Source: a virus
Taxonomy: Duplodnaviria; Caudoviricetes
Reading direction: 5' to 3' (one strand)
DNA: 47,517 nucleotides
IMG/VR virus record: IMGVR_UViG_3300031976_000848
Span: 1 to 47,517 of that record
Shown here piece after piece: positions 35,191 to 42,930 of the stretch (the first letter of the stretch is position 1; every line of letters begins with the position of its first letter). A program made the position numbers and the translations under genes. The notes under the pieces were generated by a model. It worked only from the letters and a program-made list of their open reading frames with translations. It was not told the DNA's origin and made no database searches.

Positions 35191-35624
35191 TGACCTACAC
35201 CGAGATTCAAGTCGCGCTAGAAAGCCACATGGCGCAATGGGCAGGCGGCGTGCCGATCTGGTTTGATGGCATCCCGATTCCGCCTCACGTCAAAGCAGCG
35301 CGTGATGGCGAGCCGCGCGGACCGTGGATTCGCTTTGTGATTAACACTAGTCGAGCATTCACTGCCGGTATCGGCCAAAACCCTTGCCGCCGCGTTCCCG
35401 GCACCATCACGGCAGAGATCTACTACCCAAGAGTGGCGAGCGGCGGCACTGGCGTGGGCGTTAATCCGGCCTATGCCTGCTCACAGCTAGCCGATGAGCT
35501 TGTCGAGCACTTCCAGTATTGGCAAAGCGGCAAGCTATCCACGCAAGCAACGTCAAACGTCTACGTCGAGCCGGAAGATGACTGGTATCGGCGCAATGTC
35601 GTGACTGACTTCGACGCCGACTGA
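35190..35624 (+). CDS. Tail terminator protein
   Basis: Position before tail tube; PWIRF, G.I...I..P. Confidence 0.7.
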   Translation: MTYTEIQVALESHMAQWAGGVPIWFDGIPIPPHVKAARDGEPRGPWIRFVINTSRAFTAGIGQNPCRRVPGTITAEIYYPRVASGGTGVGVNPAYACSQLADELVEHFQYWQSGKLSTQATSNVYVEPEDDWYRRNVVTDFDAD

Positions 35625-35645
35625 TTCAGCAACCCCGCACCAACC

Positions 35646-35669
35646 AACCGCCTTCGTGGCGGTTTTTTT
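35646..35669 (+). terminator. Rho-independent terminator
   Basis: AACCGCC/GGCGGTT plus T-run. Confidence 0.8.
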
Positions 35670-35695
35670 GTACCACCACCACGAGGTAAGCACTG

Positions 35696-36598
35696 ATGTC
35701 TGAGAGTAATAGAGTTCGGATAGCGTATCGCGACGCCGGAAGCACCGACCCCTGGCAGATTGTGCGACGCACTAATGACGCGCTAACCGCAGGCACTGAG
35801 GTTCAGCGCTCGGAAGAAGTGCGCTCGGATCGCCAGCGTTCTGGGCAAAAAGTTACGACCATCACTGCAGGCGGCACTCTAGATATAGAAATGTCCGCAG
35901 GCTCATACGATGACTTCCTAGCCGCTGCGCTATGCACTGAATGGGCGACTGACGTTCTGACTGTTGGCACCACCACCAAGCGCTTTGACGTGCTGAAAAG
36001 CTATCTGGCTGACGATGAACACATCATGTTCGCCGATATGGAAGTTGGCCAGCTTTCGCTAAGCGCGCAATCGGGCCAGAAGATCACCGGGCAAATCACC
36101 TTCATGGGTCGCGCCGTTGATGATGATTACGACATTACTGGCGACACCTTCACCGATGCCACGACCAGCATTATCTTCGACGCATCCAGTAACCTGAACG
36201 GCATTACGGTTGATGGCTCAGCCCTGGCCAATACGTGCTTCAAGGCGCTGGACATCACGATCAATAACAACCATCAAACCGACCAGTGTATTGGTTCGCA
36301 GTTCCAGAACCATTTCAAAGGCTCTTGCGATATCACTACCAGCAGCACGATTCGCATGGCGTCCTCTGCCTTGGAATTGTGGCGCAACTCGATTGCCAAC
36401 GTGCCGGTTGAGATGGCGTTCATTATGGGTGCTGACGGCTACACGTATGACTTCGCGCTAGGCCATGTCGATCTATCAACCGAGCCTCCTTCCGGTGCGC
36501 TTGATGCGATTCTGGATATGACCGTCGAAGGCACCGCTGCCGTTGACTCTACGGGCGAAATGATCACCGTCACGCGCACGATCCCAACACCTCCCTAA
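35696..36598 (+). CDS. Major tail tube protein
   Basis: Beta-rich 300 aa; SEEVRSDR, GG.LD.E.S..SYDDFL. Confidence 0.88.
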   Translation: MSESNRVRIAYRDAGSTDPWQIVRRTNDALTAGTEVQRSEEVRSDRQRSGQKVTTITAGGTLDIEMSAGSYDDFLAAALCTEWATDVLTVGTTTKRFDVLKSYLADDEHIMFADMEVGQLSLSAQSGQKITGQITFMGRAVDDDYDITGDTFTDATTSIIFDASSNLNGITVDGSALANTCFKALDITINNNHQTDQCIGSQFQNHFKGSCDITTSSTIRMASSALELWRNSIANVPVEMAFIMGADGYTYDFALGHVDLSTEPPSGALDAILDMTVEGTAAVDSTGEMITVTRTIPTPP

Positions 36599-36685
36599 CC
36601 GCTTTGGCCCCTTTCGCGCCGTCCGTCGTGATTGTGGGCCTCTTTTTTAGCAACGGGCATCCACTAACGGATAGAGGTAGTAATC

Positions 36686-37123
36686 ATGTTTGAGCTTAAC
36701 TCCTACGATGCAGACAGTTTTGAAACCGGCGTATGGTCAGCCGTACAAGGCGATAGCGAATTAAAGGTAGCGCGCGCGGGTAACGCTGAATACCTACGCG
36801 AGCTTGAGAAACTTGAGAAGTCATTCCGCAAAGAGCATGGCGAAAAGCTGGAGCCGCAACAGCGTCACTCGCTTAACTGCCAAGCCATTGCTCGAGGCCT
36901 TCTGAAAGATTGGCGCAACGTGACCGAGAACGGCAAGGTCATCGAGTACACGCCGGAAGTCGGCGCCAAGTATCTGAAACGCAATCCCAAGCTGCTGAGC
37001 TTCGTGCTGGATCGTGCAAACGACCTTGAGCGCTGGGAGCGTGAAGACTTGGAGAATCAGGTGGGAAAGCCTGCAAATTTGTCCGATGGCAAAACAGCTT
37101 CCAAAGACCAGGCCAAAGCCTAG
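36686..37123 (+). CDS. Tail assembly chaperone (gpG-like)
   Basis: LKVARAGN..Y, LLKDW.NV, YTPE; GAGG SD. Confidence 0.85.
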   Translation: MFELNSYDADSFETGVWSAVQGDSELKVARAGNAEYLRELEKLEKSFRKEHGEKLEPQQRHSLNCQAIARGLLKDWRNVTENGKVIEYTPEVGAKYLKRNPKLLSFVLDRANDLERWEREDLENQVGKPANLSDGKTASKDQAKA

Positions 37124-37416
37124 CGGAAGCGCAGGACGAGTATCTGACTGACTGCGAATTTTTGCAGGTAGAGCCCGACCTGCCCGAGCTCGACAACATG
37201 GTCAGCGGATGGATGCGGCGCTACGGCGTCGCGTCTCGGTGCCGTCTTCAAGCAATGAGCGGCATGGCCCCTATATCGCCAATCGACATACTCACCCTGT
37301 GCGACAAGCTGAGATGGCCGTGCGATTACGACGCTGCCCTTCACGTATTGCTTGCCATCGATGACACCTACCGCGAACTACACGAATCAAAACAGCAAAA
37401 CCAAGCCGCCCACTGA
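37063..37416 (+). CDS. -1 frameshifted extension of the tail chaperone (gpGT-like)
   Basis: In-frame G GGA AAG slippery heptamer at 37063-37069 (same as lambda G/T); -1 frame open to 37416. Confidence 0.85.
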   Translation, partial: GKACKFVRWQNSFQRPGQSLAEAQDEYLTDCEFLQVEPDLPELDNMVSGWMRRYGVASRCRLQAMSGMAPISPIDILTLCDKLRWPCDYDAALHVLLAIDDTYRELHESKQQNQAAH

Positions 37417-37427
37417 GGCGGCTTTTT
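37403..37427 (+). terminator. Rho-independent terminator
   Basis: AAGCCGCC/GGCGGCTT plus T-run. Confidence 0.75.
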
Positions 37428-37453
37428 CGTATGCGCCATGCCCGGCGCGATCA

Positions 37454-37544
37454 CCATAGAGCCTTATCAGAAAGAGTCCCGGAGAGCGTCAGTTGTTCTC
37501 TATGGGGCTGTCGTTTCTGGGCAACGGGGCTCTTTCTCATAAGG
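37454..37544 (+). promoter_or_regulatory. Structured leader sequestering the rha ribosome-binding site
   Basis: 20-position stem 37462-37481/37525-37544 (one mismatch) covers AAGG of the SD; alternative pairing CCATAGAG/CTCTATGG. Confidence 0.6.
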
Positions 37545-37553
37545 AAACACGCA

Positions 37554-38261
37554 ATGAATGACCTAATCAAAATTGACGCAGACGGCAATGCTTATGTTTC
37601 CAGCACTACCATCGCAGAAGAATTTGGCCGTAGGCATGACAACGTCATGCAGAGCCTTGAATCTCTGATTGCAAGCGGGCATATCAATCTCCTAGATTTT
37701 AAGGAGATTGATTATCTGGACGGAAAAGGCCGCTCACAGCCAGCAAAGATGCTGACTGAGCGAGGATTCTTGATCGCTATGCCATATATTGGCGGCAAGA
37801 AGTCACGAGATGGACAGGTTCGCTTGGTCGATGAGTTTATGTCCATGCGTGTCGAGATGGAGCGCAGCAGAACTGTAAAATACGCCCTACTGGAATCGCC
37901 CGCTGAATGGGAAAAGCGCTTTGTTGATCGCTTCTACCATGCGCTAGGCAAGATGACCAACCTACCGTTTTTGGGCCATATCGGCGGAACGCCTGCCCTG
38001 TTCGGCAAGATCACTAAGGATTGGGTTTATCGGGTTGCCCTAGATGATGAAATCTATCAGGCGGCAAAAGAGAGGGCAGGCAGCGCCCACAAGATCCATC
38101 AAGTGCTTTCAGATGCGGCATTGCGCCGAGTAGAAAAGCAAATGGATGAAATCACCACGCTCGCTAATTCATGCGTTGACTACCAGGACTTCATTGCTCG
38201 ATGCACTCGCATGTATGGGGTGAAGGGGCAGCTAAGGCTTATCTATCCAGCGGCGGCTTAG
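37554..38261 (+). CDS. Rha-family regulator with P63C-like C-terminal domain
   Basis: SS..IAE.FGRRHDNV, LTERGF..AM...G.K; WEKRF...FY, GKIT.DWVY, HQ.L. Confidence 0.88.
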   Translation: MNDLIKIDADGNAYVSSTTIAEEFGRRHDNVMQSLESLIASGHINLLDFKEIDYLDGKGRSQPAKMLTERGFLIAMPYIGGKKSRDGQVRLVDEFMSMRVEMERSRTVKYALLESPAEWEKRFVDRFYHALGKMTNLPFLGHIGGTPALFGKITKDWVYRVALDDEIYQAAKERAGSAHKIHQVLSDAALRRVEKQMDEITTLANSCVDYQDFIARCTRMYGVKGQLRLIYPAAA

Positions 38262-38470
38262 TGCTGCAACGAAAATAGCATCGGGTAATGGACGCAATTT
38301 TGCGCCCATTACCGTTACCCAGTTATTGGGCATCGCCGAGGCGGTCAATTTGACCGCCTGGACTGAGTCGCTTTAAACGACCCTGTTGTGAGATCTCTGC
38401 CCCGCCGAAGAGGTTCTTGTGAGTAGCTTGAAGATACTCACAAGACCGATATGGGCGGAATTCCGCCCAT
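38261..38470. repeat. Array of back-to-back, non-identical palindromes/hairpins
   Basis: 38284-38313, 38313-38335, 38339-38359 (perfect), 38365-38383, 38415-38445, 38451-38470 (perfect). Confidence 0.85.
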
Positions 38471-38471
38471 T

Positions 38472-38508
38472 AAAAACCCCGCCCAGCGAACTGGACGGGG
38501 GTTCTTTT
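38472..38508. terminator. Bidirectional terminator
   Basis: AAAAACCCCG...CGGGGGTTCTTTT. Confidence 0.75.
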
Positions 38509-38575
38509 ACTTGCAGATGTCTACGTACAGATGCACGCAGGCAACCACAAGGGTCAATAGTGCGACGATATCCAT
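38507..38575 (-). CDS. TisB-like 22-aa type I toxin (MDIVALLTLVVACVHLYVDICK)
   Basis: Hydrophobic peptide; GAGGGA SD locked in CCCTC/GAGGG hairpin; long structured leader; terminator directly after the stop. Confidence 0.7.
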   Translation of the reverse strand: MDIVALLTLVVACVHLYVDICK

Positions 38576-38898
38576 CGACTAATCCCTCTGCTGAGGGTCG
38601 GCCATCCTGATCCTTACTGACCTATAGGGGATGGAGGTCATCAATGCTTCCTGGGCGCGACCGTTGGAGAGCCAGCTCATAAAGTCAGCCGGGTACCAAC
38701 CGGGAGAGCTGGTCGAGAACTTTTCCTAGGCCTTTACGGCTTCCTCGACATCCTAGTCGGTCTTTATGCTGTGTTACCCAGCATTGACCAGAAACGAATC
38801 GCACCCCTCTTGATGACGCAGACATCCTAACCTTAATGCGGTCAATAATGGAAGGCTATGCAATTTGCAGGGTCAGCCAAAAGCGAATACAGTAATAG

Positions 38899-38991
38899 AG
38901 TCATCAATGCTTCCGAGACGCGGTATTGCTTACAGCCCTACCAAGGCGTAAGCAAAAAGATACGGCCCCGCCAAGTGCGGGGCTTTTCTTT
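38899..38991 (+). ncRNA. IstR-like antitoxin sRNA
   Basis: TTGCAG(38865)-17-TACAGT(38888) promoter; 38900-38914 complementary to the toxin leader (same 15-mer at 38637-38651); terminator 38965-38991. Confidence 0.7.
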
Positions 38992-39053
38992 GCCCAGCTC
39001 TCCCCTACCCCTTCCCTCCCGCTGCGCTACGATTAGGGAAACTAAGGGGCATG

Positions 39054-39074
39054 AAAAACCCCGCCGAAACGGGG
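39054..39074 (-). terminator. Terminator of the leftward moron operon
   Basis: CCCCG/CGGGG stem with A5 run. Confidence 0.7.
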
Positions 39075-39080
39075 TGATTG

Positions 39081-39491
39081 CTATAGGGGTTCGGCGTAGA
39101 TGCAGATCGTCGCGTAAAGCCTTCCGTCTTTGGTGAAGGGCTTCATGAACTGACGCTGAAGCCTTGCTTGAAGAAATGGAAGGCCCATAAAGATTCGGAA
39201 CCTAACCACTTGTTGACCGCTATCACCTAATGACTCAAAGGTTATCGCGCTACTGGGGCTTGCTGTCGGGTGATGCCTGAAAAGCCAATAGCTTTGCTCT
39301 AGGTACCAGTCAATAAGTGGCTCAGAATCGAATCCTTGCTGCTTTAGAAATTCCTCCGCGGCTCTCCATTGATCGTTGGGCGGATCCATCTTGCTCATAA
39401 ACGCTAATTTCTTTGCCAAATCAGGATCGGCTTTAGCGATTGCATCTCCTGGCTGCCGGTAGGCAATGCGCACTCTGTTTGAAGGGGACAT
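39081..39491 (-). CDS. Hypothetical protein with tail-tube-like N-terminus
   Basis: GGAG SD before MSPSNRVRIAYRQPG. Confidence 0.7.
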   Translation of the reverse strand: MSPSNRVRIAYRQPGDAIAKADPDLAKKLAFMSKMDPPNDQWRAAEEFLKQQGFDSEPLIDWYLEQSYWLFRHHPTASPSSAITFESLGDSGQQVVRFRIFMGLPFLQARLQRQFMKPFTKDGRLYATICIYAEPL

Positions 39492-39528
39492 GGTTATCTC
39501 CATACCCCGCCGAAGCGGGGCTTGGTGG

Positions 39529-39918
39529 TTAGCAGGACTTCCATGCAGCAAGCACAGCCTCATCGCATGCGCGAATAAGCTCCTCGACAACAAAAAGACT
39601 GTTGCTAGCGTCTTTGGGCATCCAGTACCCTGGGTTGAGGTTGTGACCCACCTCTATATTGAGGCTGATTGAAAGGCTTGAAAGCCACTCATCTTTCTCT
39701 GCGGCCAGAACTACCAGCGGAACCCTCCTTCCGTTTTCGCCACTTGTGGCAAAGGCATCAGCATGAATGCCCGAAACCAGAGAGGCTGTAAAGGTTAGGT
39801 CGTGGAGGCTAGACCAGTCGATTTGGTAGCCGTCCTGATGGAATGCTTCTGACAGAATGGCGCTGTAAAGGTGAAGGTCGATAGTGCCGTCGCCATTTAG
39901 GGCGCTTTTGATAGTCAT
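39529..39918 (-). CDS. Hypothetical protein
   Basis: ORF track; AGGA SD. Confidence 0.7.
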   Translation of the reverse strand: MTIKSALNGDGTIDLHLYSAILSEAFHQDGYQIDWSSLHDLTFTASLVSGIHADAFATSGENGRRVPLVVLAAEKDEWLSSLSISLNIEVGHNLNPGYWMPKDASNSLFVVEELIRACDEAVLAAWKSC

Positions 39919-39966
39919 TTTACTTTTCCTGTATAGATGCCCCGCCGAAGCGGGGCTTATTAGTGG

Positions 39967-40467
39967 TTAGGCAGCAATGCTGAGCGAAGGTCTCATGCGT
40001 GCAGACGCTTCAATGCGAACCGCATTGATTGCAGAGATCACCCAATGACCGGCCTCAAAGATCGTGCAACCAATGTTGACGCTGGCCGTGTCGGTGGTTT
40101 CTAGGTAATAAGCCGCAATCCGCTGGATAACCGACGAGGTGCTATCTAGGCGACAAGAGACGTACTCATCTAGCAAGTCGATGGAAAGCATACTAGCAAC
40201 GTCATGGCCAAGCATGGAGTCAACATCGTGGGCTAGCTGCTCGCTAACCGAGCGCGACCATGTATTTTCGCCCTCGCACATCATTAGCGCTTCACGGTAG
40301 AGTGAAAGCTGAGAGATAACGCGGCGTAGCACGTTGAAATGCTTGGGTGAAACCCCTTCGGAGCTGTCGATAAGCAGGCCAACGGCATCTTCAATCAGGT
40401 CTGAGGCGTAAGCGATGCGGTTCATAGGAGTTGATGAATCGCGCTGATTGGTGTAATTTGTGTTCAT
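39967..40467 (-). CDS. Hypothetical helical protein
   Basis: GAGGA SD before MNTNYT. Confidence 0.7.
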   Translation of the reverse strand: MNTNYTNQRDSSTPMNRIAYASDLIEDAVGLLIDSSEGVSPKHFNVLRRVISQLSLYREALMMCEGENTWSRSVSEQLAHDVDSMLGHDVASMLSIDLLDEYVSCRLDSTSSVIQRIAAYYLETTDTASVNIGCTIFEAGHWVISAINAVRIEASARMRPSLSIAA

Positions 40468-40535
40468 TGATCTTTCCTCGCATGGGAATGTATCTGGAGC
40501 CCTCAAGGTGTTGGTAGCGCCGAGAGGGCTTTTTC
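40466..40535 (+). ncRNA. sar-like antisense RNA covering the RBS of 39967-40467
   Basis: TTGATG(40431)-17-TAATTT(40454); hairpin over the SD, then AGCCCTC/GAGGGCT plus T-run. Confidence 0.55.
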
Positions 40536-40546
40536 GTGTCTAGGGG

Positions 40547-40747
40547 TTAGGGTTCGTGGCGCTGAATAATCGCGCCAAGCTGATACACAAGCGCTGCCGC
40601 TTCTGGGTCGCCTGTTTTATCGCGGTGCTTTACCATCTTCGACATCAAAGCCAATAGTAGCCAGTGGGTGTCAAGATCAATGATTGGGTCACAGTGGCCT
40701 AGCTCATGGGCATAGGTGCCATCCTCGGATCTAAGAACGTCGCTCAT
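40547..40747 (-). CDS. Hypothetical protein
   Basis: ATGA coupling to the antirepressor. Confidence 0.6.
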   Translation of the reverse strand: MSDVLRSEDGTYAHELGHCDPIIDLDTHWLLLALMSKMVKHRDKTGDPEAAALVYQLGAIIQRHEP

Positions 40748-41469
40748 GCTGCCACCCCGCTCTCTTGATCCCATAGCTTTTGAAGCCGCACCAAGCCTTT
40801 TCCAGTGACAAGAGCTGTAATGTTTTCCTTCAAGCCTTGCTCTGGATGCTCCCAGTGACTGATTTTTACATCCATCAAGCCAGTCTCAATCTTTGGCTGG
40901 TATGGCTCGTTGTGGCGATTAACCCAGCCGTGGCGACGAAGAAAAGCGAATAGCCTTGTGCGGCCAGTGCCTATAGTTTTAGCGGCCTGCCCTACGGTAA
41001 TGGCGTCATGCGCAATCTCTACTCGGTTGGCAAATTCAACTTTTGGTGCTGCTTCGTGTAACTCACGCTGCTGCTTCTCGATCTGTTCAGCCTGATCGGC
41101 AGCTAAGCGTAGCGCCTCGGACAGGGTGTGCGGAATTTGTGGATGCAAAGGTTGAGATACCTGGCTCTCAAGCTCCTGCCAACGGTCAACTAGAGTAGCG
41201 GTGAATTCGGGACAAAGCTGAGCCACCACTACATAGCTATCGCGCTTCCCCTTATCGCCTTCAAAGATATAAGCCTTTGTCTTACTATTAGGGCTAAGCG
41301 ATTGTTTATTCTCAACTTTAGCCGACGGCGGTAGTTGAATTACGTCTTTTGATGCTAGGCGCTCAATAGAACGGCGAACATCTGAATGATTAGATCCAAC
41401 TAGAGATGCTATCTCTAGGCTGCTCATGGTGACTTGGTTGTTGCCACTGATTGTCATAGAATTGCTCAT
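40744..41469 (-). CDS. ant: Antirepressor (Rha-like N-domain + ANT/KilAC domain)
   Basis: TMSSLEIA.LVGS.H..V.RSIERL, VVAQLCPEFTA.LVDRWQELE, EALRLAAD..APKVEF..LVTGKG. Confidence 0.9.
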   Translation of the reverse strand: MSNSMTISGNNQVTMSSLEIASLVGSNHSDVRRSIERLASKDVIQLPPSAKVENKQSLSPNSKTKAYIFEGDKGKRDSYVVVAQLCPEFTATLVDRWQELESQVSQPLHPQIPHTLSEALRLAADQAEQIEKQQRELHEAAPKVEFANRVEIAHDAITVGQAAKTIGTGRTRLFAFLRRHGWVNRHNEPYQPKIETGLMDVKISHWEHPEQGLKENITALVTGKGLVRLQKLWDQESGVAA

Positions 41470-41543
41470 GTGGTCTTTCCTTCTGGTGGTTGGATCTACA
41501 TTCGAAGCCCTGGCGACCCTACATCGCTGGGGTTTCTTCGTTT
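41469..41543 (+). ncRNA. sar-like antisense RNA to the ant RBS
   Basis: TTGGTT(41434)-17-TAGAAT(41457) inside the ant 5' end; two hairpins ending in GAAGCCC...GGGTTTC plus T-rich tail; P22 immI layout. Confidence 0.65.
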
Positions 41544-42343
41544 CAGGCTGCAATTTCAAAACCAACCACCTTAAGCAGCTCGCCAAACTTGTCTGTAAAC
41601 CAGTGCGGCTGAGTCTGACGCGGAGATTGTGGCGAAGTGACGTTTTTGCCGTATTCAAGCCCTATCTGGGTAACGCACCAGTAAGCAACCTCTTTGCCCT
41701 TCGAGTTCGTGCGTGTCATTTTTTCCAGCAGACCTTGGGCATGGCAGACTTTATTGAAGTAGCTGGCCGATATTCCTGCGCCGTGCTGCTTTAATAAGTC
41801 GGATGCTGATGCCGTGGGCAGGCTTGATCCGCCACCAGCAATTGCAGGTGCGTCAATAGCGTAATCAGGTAGTAGCGGCAAATACTGCGGGCAATTGCTA
41901 GCGGCGAAAGCCTTCATGCTAGTGATTCGCGAGGAGCCCTCTATTCGCAAAGCATCCATAAAAGCGCTTGCGCCTTCTATTAGGTCTGGCATTGATTGCT
42001 TAGGAATAGCGCTTTCACCGTAGCGGCCCGTTCTGCGGATCGTGGGAAGAACGTCTTCAAATACCCACTGCTCAAAACGCTCAGCACTAGGAAGGCGGCT
42101 TTTTACAACCAGTCGGTAAACATCAGACTCTCGGATGACGCTATAAAAACCACCACCCTGTTTCGGGGTAGTGATGGGTTTTTTACAGTGGCGTGATATA
42201 GCGTTCTCCGGCTTGGCGTATCCAAGCGCCTCGGCTACATCGTAAGCAACAAAAAGCGCTTCACCCTCTTCCGTTGCGAGCGTGCGAACTTCGTGGCCAT
42301 CAAAGTCAAATGGAATAGCTGTTGTGGCGGTGGTAGAATTCAT
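41543..42343 (-). CDS. Bro-N domain antirepressor-like protein
   Basis: FDFDG.EVR, FVA.DVA.ALGY, I.ESDVYRLV..SRLPSAERF..WVFEDVLPTIR.TG.Y. Confidence 0.92.
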   Translation of the reverse strand: MNSTTATTAIPFDFDGHEVRTLATEEGEALFVAYDVAEALGYAKPENAISRHCKKPITTPKQGGGFYSVIRESDVYRLVVKSRLPSAERFEQWVFEDVLPTIRRTGRYGESAIPKQSMPDLIEGASAFMDALRIEGSSRITSMKAFAASNCPQYLPLLPDYAIDAPAIAGGGSSLPTASASDLLKQHGAGISASYFNKVCHAQGLLEKMTRTNSKGKEVAYWCVTQIGLEYGKNVTSPQSPRQTQPHWFTDKFGELLKVVGFEIAA

Positions 42344-42355
42344 CGAGCAAGCCTC

Positions 42356-42405
42356 ATGTAACGTTAGGGACATTTAAAGATTAACAGTGTCCCAAAAGGT
42401 TACAT
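42356..42405. promoter_or_regulatory. Inverted operator pair between bro and the divergent repressor
   Basis: ATGTAACGTTAGGGACA (42356-42372) versus TGTCCCAAAAGGTTACAT (42388-42405). Confidence 0.6.
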
Positions 42406-42432
42406 AATTGTATTTAATTATGGCCCTCACCT

Positions 42433-42930
42433 ATGCCGATAGTTTTTTCCGATGACTTCCCATTTCTCTTGGTAGACGCTCGCGCCCAGGCTGGCATGAC
42501 GCAGCAAGAGCTAGCGGACAAGCTAGGTGTAAGCAGAAAAAGCCTTTCAAGGTATGAGTCAGGCCACAGCCTCCCCCGCCCAAATGTGCTACTAAAGCTT
42601 TCCGAAGTTCTCAAAGTCGACCCGGGCTGGCTAACAGGCGCTGAAGAGGTAGACCGCTCCCTTCTTCAGCAGGAAATAGAGAGATACGAGAATATCCCGC
42701 GAGATGCGACGGGAATGCCAGTTCACCTATCTGAGGTGACTCGAAGGAAGCTGATTCAGGCCGCACGCCAAAACAACCGGAATGCTCATGACGAGCTCGT
42801 AGCTAGGCTTGAATCTACCTTTGATAGATCAAGCGCTTTTTATGCCGATGTACTGAAAGAGCTTTCAGATATATTCAAAGCTGATAAATTCAACGACATA
42901 ACAAGCAAAGATGACAAGGGGGAAGGATGA
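42433..42930 (+). CDS. XRE-HTH + Arc/Mnt-like repressor (secondary immunity regulator)
   Basis: MTQQELADKLGVSRKSLSRYESG; C-terminal L....R.KL..AARQNNR....ELVARLE..F. Confidence 0.85.
   Translation: MPIVFSDDFPFLLVDARAQAGMTQQELADKLGVSRKSLSRYESGHSLPRPNVLLKLSEVLKVDPGWLTGAEEVDRSLLQQEIERYENIPRDATGMPVHLSEVTRRKLIQAARQNNRNAHDELVARLESTFDRSSAFYADVLKELSDIFKADKFNDITSKDDKGEG

Noticed and set aside
38261-38470. CRISPR array or DGR template interpretation of the palindrome array
   Set aside because: Units are not identical repeats with spacers; no cas or reverse transcriptase gene and no adenine-specific TR/VR pair in the window
38419-38610. 63-aa plus-strand ORF, and 38858-39136 ORF
   Set aside because: They cross terminators and lack an SD; the region is better explained by the array, toxin and sRNA
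41470-41658. N-terminal extension of ant (similarly rha 37431-37553 and scaffold 30599-30718)
   Set aside because: Extensions span RNA structures, terminators or neighbouring genes; downstream ATGs have proper SDs
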